From: Flavobacteriales bacterium
GTDB lineage: Bacteria; Bacteroidota; Bacteroidia; Flavobacteriales; ECT2AJA-044
Direction: 5' to 3'
Length of the DNA: 24,000 nt
Assembly (NCBI GenBank): GCA_965661605.1
Contig: CBFIEH010000023.1
Span: 1 to 24,000, forward strand
This document shows, piece by piece, positions 7,127-14,509 of this stretch. Both the position numbers and the translations under genes were made by a program. Under the pieces are notes generated by a model. The model saw only the letters and a list, made by a program, of their open reading frames with translations, ran no database searches and was not told the DNA's origin. Every line of letters begins with the position of its first letter. Within the stretch, counting starts at the first letter, position 1.

Positions 7127-7744
7127 TTACTGCTTAACGCGCTTAATGCTGCACCCTTTGTTCTGAGTGGTTTCTGGATCTATTGTTCCATCTCCCATGT
7201 AGGCTTGGATAGCATCCGTCAAATAACTTTGCGTAACCTCTTTAGCGCTGTTTTCGTACCGATCGTCAATGGCGCCGGTATATACTAGTGTCATGTTCTT
7301 ATCAAAGAAGTATACATGCGGAGTCGTGTTCGCCCCAAAAGCATCCGCAATGACGTGATCCTTATCCACAACATATGGCATGCTGTATTTCTGAGCTTTG
7401 GCGTGCTCCATCATTTCTTTCATGCTGTCGTCTCCATCGCGTTTGGCTTCATTAGAATTGACGAGAATCATGCCCACTTCGTTTGCGGAAGCTACCGCAT
7501 TAATATCATTGTAGGTTTCCTCCCATTCAATAACGAAAGGACAAGTATTACAGGAGAAAATGACAACCAACCCGCCGGGCTTCATGGCCTCGCGAAGATT
7601 GAGCTCGGTACCGTCTACATTGGTCATTTTCACGTGGGGTAAGGGCATGGAATCTCCAATCTCGAGCTTATCACCGGCTGGGGCAGAAGACATCAATGCC
7701 AAACCGGTCACAAAAGCGGTAGCTAGGGCAAATACTCTTTTCAT
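7127..7744 (-). CDS. Secreted thioredoxin-fold (TlpA/redoxin-like) thiol-disulfide oxidoreductase
   Basis: 205 aa. Has a signal peptide (MKRVFALATAFVTGLALMSSAPA), a CxxC active site in thioredoxin context (VVIFSCNTCPFV) and a cis-Pro region (GANTTPHVYFFD). Confidence 0.8.
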   Translation of the reverse strand: MKRVFALATAFVTGLALMSSAPAGDKLEIGDSMPLPHVKMTNVDGTELNLREAMKPGGLVVIFSCNTCPFVIEWEETYNDINAVASANEVGMILVNSNEAKRDGDDSMKEMMEHAKAQKYSMPYVVDKDHVIADAFGANTTPHVYFFDKNMTLVYTGAIDDRYENSAKEVTQSYLTDAIQAYMGDGTIDPETTQNKGCSIKRVKQ

Positions 7745-7772
7745 TTTCTGTTCAATTTATATCGGTTCATAT

Positions 7773-9314
7773 TTAGAGCGGAATATTCCCATGTTTCTTT
7801 TTGGGAAGAACGTCCACCTTGTTTTTGAGCATCTCAAACGCGCGAATCAACTTTTCTCGGGTAACTTCAGGTTTGATGACCTCGTCTACGTAACCACGTG
7901 CCGCAGCGTTATATGGATGGGCAAAGAGCTCCGCATATTCCGCTTCTTTCTCCGCATGCTTGGCGGCAGGATCTTCCGCTGACGCAATTTCTTTTCTAAA
8001 AATAATTTCCGCTGCTCCTTTAGCCCCCATAACAGCAATCTCTGCTGAAGGCCATGCAAAATTCATATCGGCTCCAATGTGCTTCGAGTTCATTACGTCA
8101 TAAGCTCCACCGTAGGCTTTTCGCGTAATTACAGTCACACGAGGAACGGTCGCTTCACTGAACGCATAGAGTAACTTGGCTCCATGGGTAATGATTCCGT
8201 TCCACTCTTGGTCGGTTCCAGGCAAAAATCCCGGCACATCTTCAAATACCAAAAGAGGAATGTTAAAGCTATCGCAGAAGCGGACAAATCGACCCGCCTT
8301 TTGAGAAGCCTCGATGTTTAAAACTCCCGCTAAGAAGGCTGGCTGGTTGGCTACAATACCGATACTCTTACCTGCCAGTCGCGCAAAGCCAACGACGATA
8401 TTTTCAGCATAATCTTTATGAACTTCCATAAAAGATTCCGAATCGCACACCCCGTTGATCACATCTTTAATGTCATAAGGCTGATTCGGGTTTTCCGGTA
8501 TGATCTGATTGAGGTCAGGACGCCTTTCATCACCTGCTTCATAAGGTAATGCCGGCGGCTCCTCCTCACAGTTCTGAGGAATAAACGCGAGAAGCTCTTT
8601 GAGTTGCTGAATCAGAGCTATTTCATTAGCAGCAGTAAAATGAGCCACTCCACTCTTCGTAGAGTGCGCTGAAGCTCCTCCAAGCTCTTCGGCCGTGACT
8701 TCCTCGTGCGTTACGGTTTTTACAACATTCGGACCCGTAACGAACATGTAACTCGTTCCTTCCACCATGTGAATGAAATCCGTTAAAGCAGGACTGTAAA
8801 CCGCGCCACCAGCGCAAGGACCCATAATTGCACTGAGCTGAGGGATTACACCGCTCGCGCGAGTATTTCTAAAGAAAATATCCGCATATCCTCCTAAGGA
8901 AACAACACCCTCTTGAATACGGGCACCTCCAGAATCATTCAATCCAATGATGGGTGCTCCATTCTGCATCGCCAAATCCATGATGCGGCAAATTTTCTGA
9001 GCATGAGCTTCTGCAAGGGATCCCCCGAGAACGGTAAAGTCCTGAGCGAATACGTAGATCAACCTACCGTTCACCCGACCATATCCGGTGACGACGCCGT
9101 CGCCAAGAATCTTCTGCTTGTCTAAACCAAAATTGATTGAGCGATGGGTGACCAGTATACCGATCTCCTCAAATGAACCTTCATCCAAGAGAAAATGGAT
9201 CCGCTCACGCGCCGTGAGTTTTCCTTTATCGTGCTGGGCTAGTATGCGTTTTTCACCTCCCCCTAGTTGGGCTTCGGCAATCTTATTATCGAGCTCCTGA
9301 AATTTATCGGACAT
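7773..9314 (-). CDS. Acyl-CoA carboxylase carboxyltransferase (beta) subunit, propionyl-CoA carboxylase / methylmalonyl-CoA carboxyltransferase family
   Basis: 513 aa. KLTARERI near the N-terminus, and tandem crotonase-like CT domains with [12 protein letters not shown] and [17 protein letters not shown]. The C-terminal half has [14 protein letters not shown] and [13 protein letters not shown]. These are hallmarks of PccB/MmdA-type carboxyltransferases. I cannot separate the carboxylase and decarboxylase roles by eye. Confidence 0.9.
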   Translation of the reverse strand: MSDKFQELDNKIAEAQLGGGEKRILAQHDKGKLTARERIHFLLDEGSFEEIGILVTHRSINFGLDKQKILGDGVVTGYGRVNGRLIYVFAQDFTVLGGSLAEAHAQKICRIMDLAMQNGAPIIGLNDSGGARIQEGVVSLGGYADIFFRNTRASGVIPQLSAIMGPCAGGAVYSPALTDFIHMVEGTSYMFVTGPNVVKTVTHEEVTAEELGGASAHSTKSGVAHFTAANEIALIQQLKELLAFIPQNCEEEPPALPYEAGDERRPDLNQIIPENPNQPYDIKDVINGVCDSESFMEVHKDYAENIVVGFARLAGKSIGIVANQPAFLAGVLNIEASQKAGRFVRFCDSFNIPLLVFEDVPGFLPGTDQEWNGIITHGAKLLYAFSEATVPRVTVITRKAYGGAYDVMNSKHIGADMNFAWPSAEIAVMGAKGAAEIIFRKEIASAEDPAAKHAEKEAEYAELFAHPYNAAARGYVDEVIKPEVTREKLIRAFEMLKNKVDVLPKKKHGNIPL

Positions 9315-9343
9315 CGGTCCTTATTTGTCGTTGAAATGGACCC

Positions 9344-9351
9344 CTAAAGTA
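9344..9351 (-). promoter_or_regulatory. Candidate Bacteroidota sigma-A -7 box (TACTTTAG) upstream of the carboxyltransferase gene
   Basis: The minus strand reads TACTTTAG, one mismatch to TAnnTTTG, 29 nt before ATG 9314. It sits in the only sizeable gap upstream of the carboxyltransferase/redoxin/purD gene string. Confidence 0.3.
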
Positions 9352-9366
9352 GCAAACAAAAGGGAC

Positions 9367-11163
9367 TTAATTGTCCAATTTAAGCACTGCTAAAAAGGCC
9401 TGCTGTGGAATTTCAACATTCCCGACTTGACGCATTCGTTTCTTACCAGCCTTTTGCTTTTCAAGGAGCTTTCTTTTTCGAGAAATATCTCCTCCATAAC
9501 ACTTAGCCGTCACATCTTTGCGAAGAGCTTTGACGGTTTCTCGGGCAATAATCTTGGCCCCGATGGCCGCTTGAATGGCAATGTCAAACTGTTGGCGCGG
9601 GATGAGCTCGCGAAGTTTAGCACACATCTTTTTACCGATGTCATAGGCGTTGTCTCGGTGGATAAGAGCAGAAAGGGCGTCTACTTGGTCTCCGTTCAAA
9701 AGAACGTCAACTTTGACCAAATTGGACTCTCGGTAACCTATCGGTTGATAATCGAAACTGGCATATCCTTTCGAAACGGTTTTCAAGCGGTCGTAAAAAT
9801 CGAACACGATTTCAGCCAAAGGCAAGTCAAAGCTGAGCTCAACGCGATCTGAAGTCAAATAAACCTGATTCTTCATGATTCCTCGCTTTTCAATTGCCAG
9901 GGTCATAATAGAGCCAACAAATTCAGACTTCGTAATGATTTGCGCAGTGATGTACGGTTCCTCAACACTGGTCAACAGGTTTGGATCAGGGAGATCCGAA
10001 GGGTTATTCACCCATTCAAATTGATCACCACTACTCTTCGAATACGCCTTGTAAGATACGTTGGGAACAGTTGTGATCACCGTCATTTTAAACTCTCGCT
10101 CCAAGCGCTCTTGGATAATTTCCATGTGCAGCATTCCCAAGAATCCACAGCGAAATCCAAATCCAAGGGCAGCAGAACTCTCCGGCTCAAAGGTCAAGCT
10201 GGCATCGTTGAGCTGAAGCTTTTCCATGGCGCTCCGCAACTCTTCGTACTCTTCGGTATCTACGGGATAAACTCCAGCAAAAACCATGGGCTTTACATTC
10301 TCGAATCCCGCAATGGCTTTAGGAGTCGGTCGTTCAAATGACGTGATGGTATCTCCAACCTTCACCTCTCTTGCGTCCTTAATCCCGGAAATGATGTAGC
10401 CAACATCACCTGTCTTAATTTCTTTTCGCGGCTCTTGGTTTAGTTTGAGCACACCGATTTCATCCGCATTGTATTTCTTCCCCGTGTTGACGAATTTGAC
10501 AATCTCCCCCTTGCGAATGGAACCATTCATTATGCGGAAGTACGCCTCAACACCGCGAAACGGATTGTACACGGAGTCAAAAATTAGGGCCTGCAATGGA
10601 GCTTCAGGATCTCCTATTGGGGCGGGAACACGCTCAACAATAGCCTCCAAAATTTCCTGTATGCCGATACCCTCTTTTGCTGAAGCCGGAATAATTTCGT
10701 CTAGATCACAACCAATTAGATCGATGATCTGATCAGAAATTTCCTCAGGGTTCGCACTAGGCAGATCGATTTTATTCAGAACCGGTATGATCTCCAAATC
10801 ATGTTCCAACGCGAGATATAGATTGGAGATGGTCTGAGCCTGAATTCCCTGAGCGGCATCTACCACCAACAAAGCTCCTTCGCAGGCCGCAATGGAACGA
10901 GACACTTCATAGCTAAAGTCAACGTGCCCTGGAGTATCAATCAAATTGAGGGTATAATCCTCACCTCCATTTGAAAAGCTCATTTGTATCGCATGAGACT
11001 TAATGGTGATTCCACGCTCTCGCTCCAAATCCATGCTGTCCAAGATCTGGTCCTTCTTCTCGCGATCCGATACACTTTGGGTTGCATCCAATAGTCGATC
11101 GGCCAAAGTACTCTTGCCGTGATCAATGTGCGCAATGATGCAGAAATTCCGGATATTCTTCAT
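9367..11163 (-). CDS. lepA: Translation elongation factor 4 (LepA)
   Basis: 598 aa. G1 is [23 protein letters not shown]3 is [11 protein letters not shown]4 is NKIDLP. The LepA-specific C-terminal domain is present (...[36 protein letters not shown]). Confidence 0.97.
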   Translation of the reverse strand: MKNIRNFCIIAHIDHGKSTLADRLLDATQSVSDREKKDQILDSMDLERERGITIKSHAIQMSFSNGGEDYTLNLIDTPGHVDFSYEVSRSIAACEGALLVVDAAQGIQAQTISNLYLALEHDLEIIPVLNKIDLPSANPEEISDQIIDLIGCDLDEIIPASAKEGIGIQEILEAIVERVPAPIGDPEAPLQALIFDSVYNPFRGVEAYFRIMNGSIRKGEIVKFVNTGKKYNADEIGVLKLNQEPRKEIKTGDVGYIISGIKDAREVKVGDTITSFERPTPKAIAGFENVKPMVFAGVYPVDTEEYEELRSAMEKLQLNDASLTFEPESSAALGFGFRCGFLGMLHMEIIQERLEREFKMTVITTVPNVSYKAYSKSSGDQFEWVNNPSDLPDPNLLTSVEEPYITAQIITKSEFVGSIMTLAIEKRGIMKNQVYLTSDRVELSFDLPLAEIVFDFYDRLKTVSKGYASFDYQPIGYRESNLVKVDVLLNGDQVDALSALIHRDNAYDIGKKMCAKLRELIPRQQFDIAIQAAIGAKIIARETVKALRKDVTAKCYGGDISRKRKLLEKQKAGKKRMRQVGNVEIPQQAFLAVLKLDN

Positions 11164-11279
11164 AAGCCGCGAAATTACGCCTTTTTCCGCTCTGATTTTG
11201 CGTTCAAAGACTCATTCATTTCTGTAACCAACCATTCAAGGACGACTTTCGTTTATTGGAGGGCCGAAGCAGTTTTTAT

Positions 11280-11287
11280 TATATTTG
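11280..11287 (+). promoter_or_regulatory. Candidate -7 box (TATATTTG) for the 145-aa secreted protein / T9SS cargo pair
   Basis: Exact TAnnTTTG match, 43 nt upstream of ATG 11331, in the 167-nt divergent lepA intergenic region. Confidence 0.35.
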
Positions 11288-11330
11288 CTGTTCTTGGCGA
11301 AATAGCGTCAAACCTAAACATCGACGGAAT

Positions 11331-11768
11331 ATGAAAAAATGGATTCTTTCCTTAGCGGGTGCTCTATGGATGGCCACAGCTGTAGCAGGAGCTCCGGAGG
11401 GAATCAACAGCCTTGAGTGGACCTTGTACACCACGGAAAATGGCGTCGAAATCTATATGAAAAAGCAGGCTTGTGACGATCCTGCCAATGGGGTTTATTT
11501 AGAGTATGTCTTGATTAAGGTTGTAAACACCAATGATCAAGATGCTGAGGTTTCTTGGGTTCCTCATCCATTTCATGATAACAAGCCCGCCTTTGATTCA
11601 AATTCGGACGACGAGCGCGGCGCAAGCTTTTCTCTTCCCGCTGGTTCAGCACTGGAAGGAACTTGTGGCGATCAAAGTTTATCTGAGTATAAGAGGTTTA
11701 CGGACAAGGACGATATGCGTGAGCTGACCGACTTGGAATTGGCCAACTTGACTGTGACCCTTAAATAA
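11331..11768 (+). CDS. Hypothetical secreted protein (145 aa)
   Basis: The ORF track starts at 11256, but the Met at 11331 is followed by a signal peptide (MKKWILSLAGALWMATAVAGAPE). A TATATTTG box lies at 11280-11287, inside the longer ORF. No domain recognised. It stops 8 nt before the GTG start of the downstream T9SS cargo gene. Confidence 0.6.
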   Translation: MKKWILSLAGALWMATAVAGAPEGINSLEWTLYTTENGVEIYMKKQACDDPANGVYLEYVLIKVVNTNDQDAEVSWVPHPFHDNKPAFDSNSDDERGASFSLPAGSALEGTCGDQSLSEYKRFTDKDDMRELTDLELANLTVTLK

Positions 11769-11776
11769 CGACTACT

Positions 11777-13843
11777 GTGAAGAAATTTCTACTCGTATCA
11801 GCACTGGCGTTCGGATTTTCTTGGTCTTACGGTCAAGGACTGAACATCACGATTATTTCACCGGGACAAGACACGACGATCTGCGAGGGTGATACCGTAT
11901 TCTTGGAATGTACTTCAGCATTCTTGTTCAATGACTTTAACAACGGAACCATTGGTATTGGATGGAGCTCAACTCAGGCAAATCCGGTATTTACCAACCC
12001 ATGTGGTCCTGGCCCCGTGGGTTCTCACCTGTGGGTAGGAACCACGCCATCAAACAACCGGACTCTGGTGACGAACACCTATGATCTTACGGCTGGTGGT
12101 GCGTGTTATATTGAATTTTGGATGAGGTACGGACTCGTGCCTGGCAATGGGCCTTGTGAAGATCCCGATGCCGCCACGGAGGGTGTACATCTTCAGTATT
12201 CAACAAACAACGGGCTGACCTGGACCGATTTCCCTGGACCAAACCTAGCACCAGTTGGAAACCTCAGTACTGCTCCGCCATTTATCACAACTGTTCCTGG
12301 AAGCGGAGGATACTGGCAACCATTTTCTTCTTTGGCCCAGCAGCAGCAGAGTACACTCTACCATTGGAACTTGTATCGTTGCCCGATTCCAGCAGCAGCG
12401 GTGACAAACGCTACATCGTTCCGTTGGGCCCAGCTGGTGACCAGTAGCACGGGATTTGATGCATGGGGAATTGATGAAGTATTGATTGGTTGCGCCCCAC
12501 CAAACTTGATTTGGAGTACGGGTAACACAACAACAACGGATACTGTAGCACCTACTCAATCTACCACCTACTGGGTACAGGCGACGGATCAAAATGGAAA
12601 TACGGTAACGGACACCGTAAACGTTACGGTTAGTCCGCGTCCAGCTCTTGGACCGGATATCACGATTCCATGTGGAGATAGCACTTTTGTGATCACCATC
12701 GACCGTCCGATCAACTGTAACTCCATTAGCGCTGACGGTTCGGATTTCCGTATGTCTTTCCCAGGAGGTAATCCACTTCCAGTAGTGGGAGCTCAAGGGA
12801 TCAACTGCCAGAACGGACAAACGCAGCAGATTGCCATCACAACCCTTTTCCCTATGAACACCAATGGACAGTACGTCTTCTGGTCAAAATTGGGGAATGA
12901 CCAAAACTCGTTGACCTCCGAATGTGGGTCACTTCCCGAATTCGACACGGTATTGGTTAATATCTTCAATTGCTACGACGTAGACATTGATTTGAAGAAT
13001 GTAACAGTGGTCGATGACGATCACCCGATGGTCGAATGGGGTATTTCTACGGATACAAACTGGAGCGCACTTTCCGGCTTATTTACAGAATACCAAATCT
13101 ACCGTGCACTGAATCCAGGAGGGCCTTATGCACCTGTTGGAACAGAGAATAATTTCAATGCGACGAGCTGGGAGGATTTGACTCTTGGTCAAGCCGATGT
13201 TAACGCGAACGCGTACAACTATTATGTGCGCATTGTATATGACGGAGGACAGTCACGTCAATCTGATTCTATTGCAACTATCCTATTGGACTGCGCAGAC
13301 AACAGCGACACCTTGTTCCTAGACCTTCAATGGAGTGACTATTGGGGTTGGCCGAATCCAGAGTACTACGTACAAATCCAGGGTTCAAATGGCGTTTGGA
13401 ACACCATGGACACGACAACTACAACCAGCACGACGATTGAAAAGCCGTATGATGCAGATACATATACCGTACGCATCCAAACGGCTGAGTTCGTCGATAC
13501 GGGCGGTGTGTACGTCAGCCAATCGAACTACTGCGAGTTCATCGTATATCAGCGTGAGCCGAGGTTGAAAATGCCGAACGTATTCACGCCAGACGGGAAC
13601 TTCCCATACTACAACGCGGTTACGGCCAATGACTCAACACAAAACTTGGTTGAGTTCCAAGGTCAAATCTTCAACCGTTGGGGGAACATGATTTACGAAT
13701 GGACCGACTGGGAGAACCCAAGCAGTGGTTGGAGTGGTGAAGGCCATCCAGAAGGAACGTATTACTACGTCGTTAAAGCCGTTGGTGAAGAAGGTGAAGA
13801 ACTCGAAGCTCAAGGTACCTTGATGCTGATTCGTAACGACTAA
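11777..13843 (+). CDS. T9SS type-B C-terminal sorting domain protein, adhesin-like (N-terminal jelly-roll/MAM- or reelin-subrepeat-like domain, Ig/Fn3-like repeats)
   Basis: 688 aa with a GTG start. An in-frame TAA at 11762-11764 leaves no earlier start, and GTG gives the signal peptide KKFLLVSALAFGFSWSYGQ. The C-terminal ~90 aa (about 13571-13840) read MPNVFTPDGN...FQGQIFNRWGNMIYEW...GTYYYVVKAVGEEGEELEAQGTLMLIR, matching the gliding-motility-associated/CHU_C type-B T9SS signal. The middle holds the typical repeat IWSTGNTTTTDTVAPTQSTTYWVQATDQNGNTVTDTVNVTV. Confidence 0.85.
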   Translation: MKKFLLVSALAFGFSWSYGQGLNITIISPGQDTTICEGDTVFLECTSAFLFNDFNNGTIGIGWSSTQANPVFTNPCGPGPVGSHLWVGTTPSNNRTLVTNTYDLTAGGACYIEFWMRYGLVPGNGPCEDPDAATEGVHLQYSTNNGLTWTDFPGPNLAPVGNLSTAPPFITTVPGSGGYWQPFSSLAQQQQSTLYHWNLYRCPIPAAAVTNATSFRWAQLVTSSTGFDAWGIDEVLIGCAPPNLIWSTGNTTTTDTVAPTQSTTYWVQATDQNGNTVTDTVNVTVSPRPALGPDITIPCGDSTFVITIDRPINCNSISADGSDFRMSFPGGNPLPVVGAQGINCQNGQTQQIAITTLFPMNTNGQYVFWSKLGNDQNSLTSECGSLPEFDTVLVNIFNCYDVDIDLKNVTVVDDDHPMVEWGISTDTNWSALSGLFTEYQIYRALNPGGPYAPVGTENNFNATSWEDLTLGQADVNANAYNYYVRIVYDGGQSRQSDSIATILLDCADNSDTLFLDLQWSDYWGWPNPEYYVQIQGSNGVWNTMDTTTTTSTTIEKPYDADTYTVRIQTAEFVDTGGVYVSQSNYCEFIVYQREPRLKMPNVFTPDGNFPYYNAVTANDSTQNLVEFQGQIFNRWGNMIYEWTDWENPSSGWSGEGHPEGTYYYVVKAVGEEGEELEAQGTLMLIRND

Positions 13844-13861
13844 GTCCAATAAGACGACAAG

Positions 13862-13892
13862 AAAGCCGGCTCCAAAAGGGCCGGCTTTTTTT
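13862..13892 (+). terminator. Rho-independent terminator shared by the convergent genes (688-aa cargo gene and ribE)
   Basis: AAAGCCGGC (13862-13870) pairs perfectly with GCCGGCTTT (13880-13888) around a 9-nt loop, followed by a run of 7 T (13886-13892). On the opposite strand the same hairpin is followed by TTTCTTGT, so it could also act for ribE. Confidence 0.7.
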
Positions 13893-13913
13893 ATGCGCTA
13901 GACGTTCAGCCCC

Positions 13914-14498
13914 CTACTTACCGAGTAAACGAGCGACGTACTTTCCGACGATGTCAAATTCTAAATTGACTCGAGTTCCCTTTTGGATGTCTTTGAAGTT
14001 GGTCTGCTCGTAAGTGAAAGGAATGATGGACACCGAGAAGCCTTCGCTTGAGCTGTCTACAACGGTCAGGGAAACCCCATTGATAGTGATGCTTCCTTTC
14101 TCTACCGTGATTCGGCCCTCCCCTGGATCGTATTCGAAATGAAAGTTCCAAGAGCCGTCGCGCTCTTCAACGGAAACGCACGTGGCAGTGGTATCGACAT
14201 GTCCCTGAACAATGTGTCCGTCAAAACGTCCCCCAGCAGTCATGCATCGCTCCAAATTCACGTTAGAGCCAGGCTTCCAATCGCCGAGATTCGTGCGCTT
14301 CAAGGTTTCCTCGATGGCGGTCACTTCGTAGGTATCGTCTTGGATGTCAACCACAGTCAAACAAACGCCATTATGCGCTACACTTTGGTCAATTTTGAGT
14401 TCTGGGGTCATCGCTGCGCGGACGCGAATGTGAACGTTTGTGCCATCGGGCCGTAGGCCCAAAACCTCGCCCATTTCTTCGATAATGCCAGTAAACAT
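13914..14498 (-). CDS. ribE: Riboflavin synthase (alpha chain)
   Basis: 194 aa. MFTGIIEEMG N-terminus. Duplicated lumazine-binding barrels are present (VAHNGVCLTVV / ITINGVSLTVV), plus NLERCM and GHIVQGHVDTT. Confidence 0.93.
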   Translation of the reverse strand: MFTGIIEEMGEVLGLRPDGTNVHIRVRAAMTPELKIDQSVAHNGVCLTVVDIQDDTYEVTAIEETLKRTNLGDWKPGSNVNLERCMTAGGRFDGHIVQGHVDTTATCVSVEERDGSWNFHFEYDPGEGRITVEKGSITINGVSLTVVDSSSEGFSVSIIPFTYEQTNFKDIQKGTRVNLEFDIVGKYVARLLGK

Positions 14499-14509
14499 GT
14501 GCTTGTGTT

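Noticed and set aside
7127-9314. The carboxyltransferase beta subunit has no adjacent biotin-carboxylase alpha subunit and is strung together with a redoxin and purD
   Set aside because: Functionally mixed gene strings and dispersed carboxylase subunits are ordinary in Bacteroidota chromosomes. accB/accC elsewhere in the window show that biotin-dependent partners exist. Nothing in the sequence suggests a special system.
9316-9348. GGTCC/GGACC inverted repeat between lepA and the carboxyltransferase gene, as a possible lepA terminator
   Set aside because: The stem is only 5 bp, the loop is 23 nt, and no T-run follows. That is too weak to call.
11256-11330. The longer 170-aa version of the hypothetical secreted protein ORF
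   Set aside because: The 25 extra residues (MEGRSSFYYICCSWRNSVKPKHRRN) precede a clean signal peptide that starts at the Met at 11331. They also contain the candidate TATATTTG promoter box.
12245-12820. 191-aa antisense ORF inside the 688-aa cargo gene. Similar antisense ORFs lie at 351-716, 1459-1854, 3953-4297, 7560-7982, 19048-19497 and 20848-21276.
   Set aside because: All lie fully within well-supported genes on the opposite strand. Their composition is Arg/Ser/Cys/Trp-rich or otherwise unprotein-like, and they have no recognisable motifs or promoter boxes. They are best explained as chance open frames opposite coding sequence.
14499-14509. Looked for an FMN riboswitch upstream of ribE
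   Set aside because: Only 11 nt separate ribE from the preceding gene, and the upstream sequence is coding. No space or conserved FMN-element features are present.
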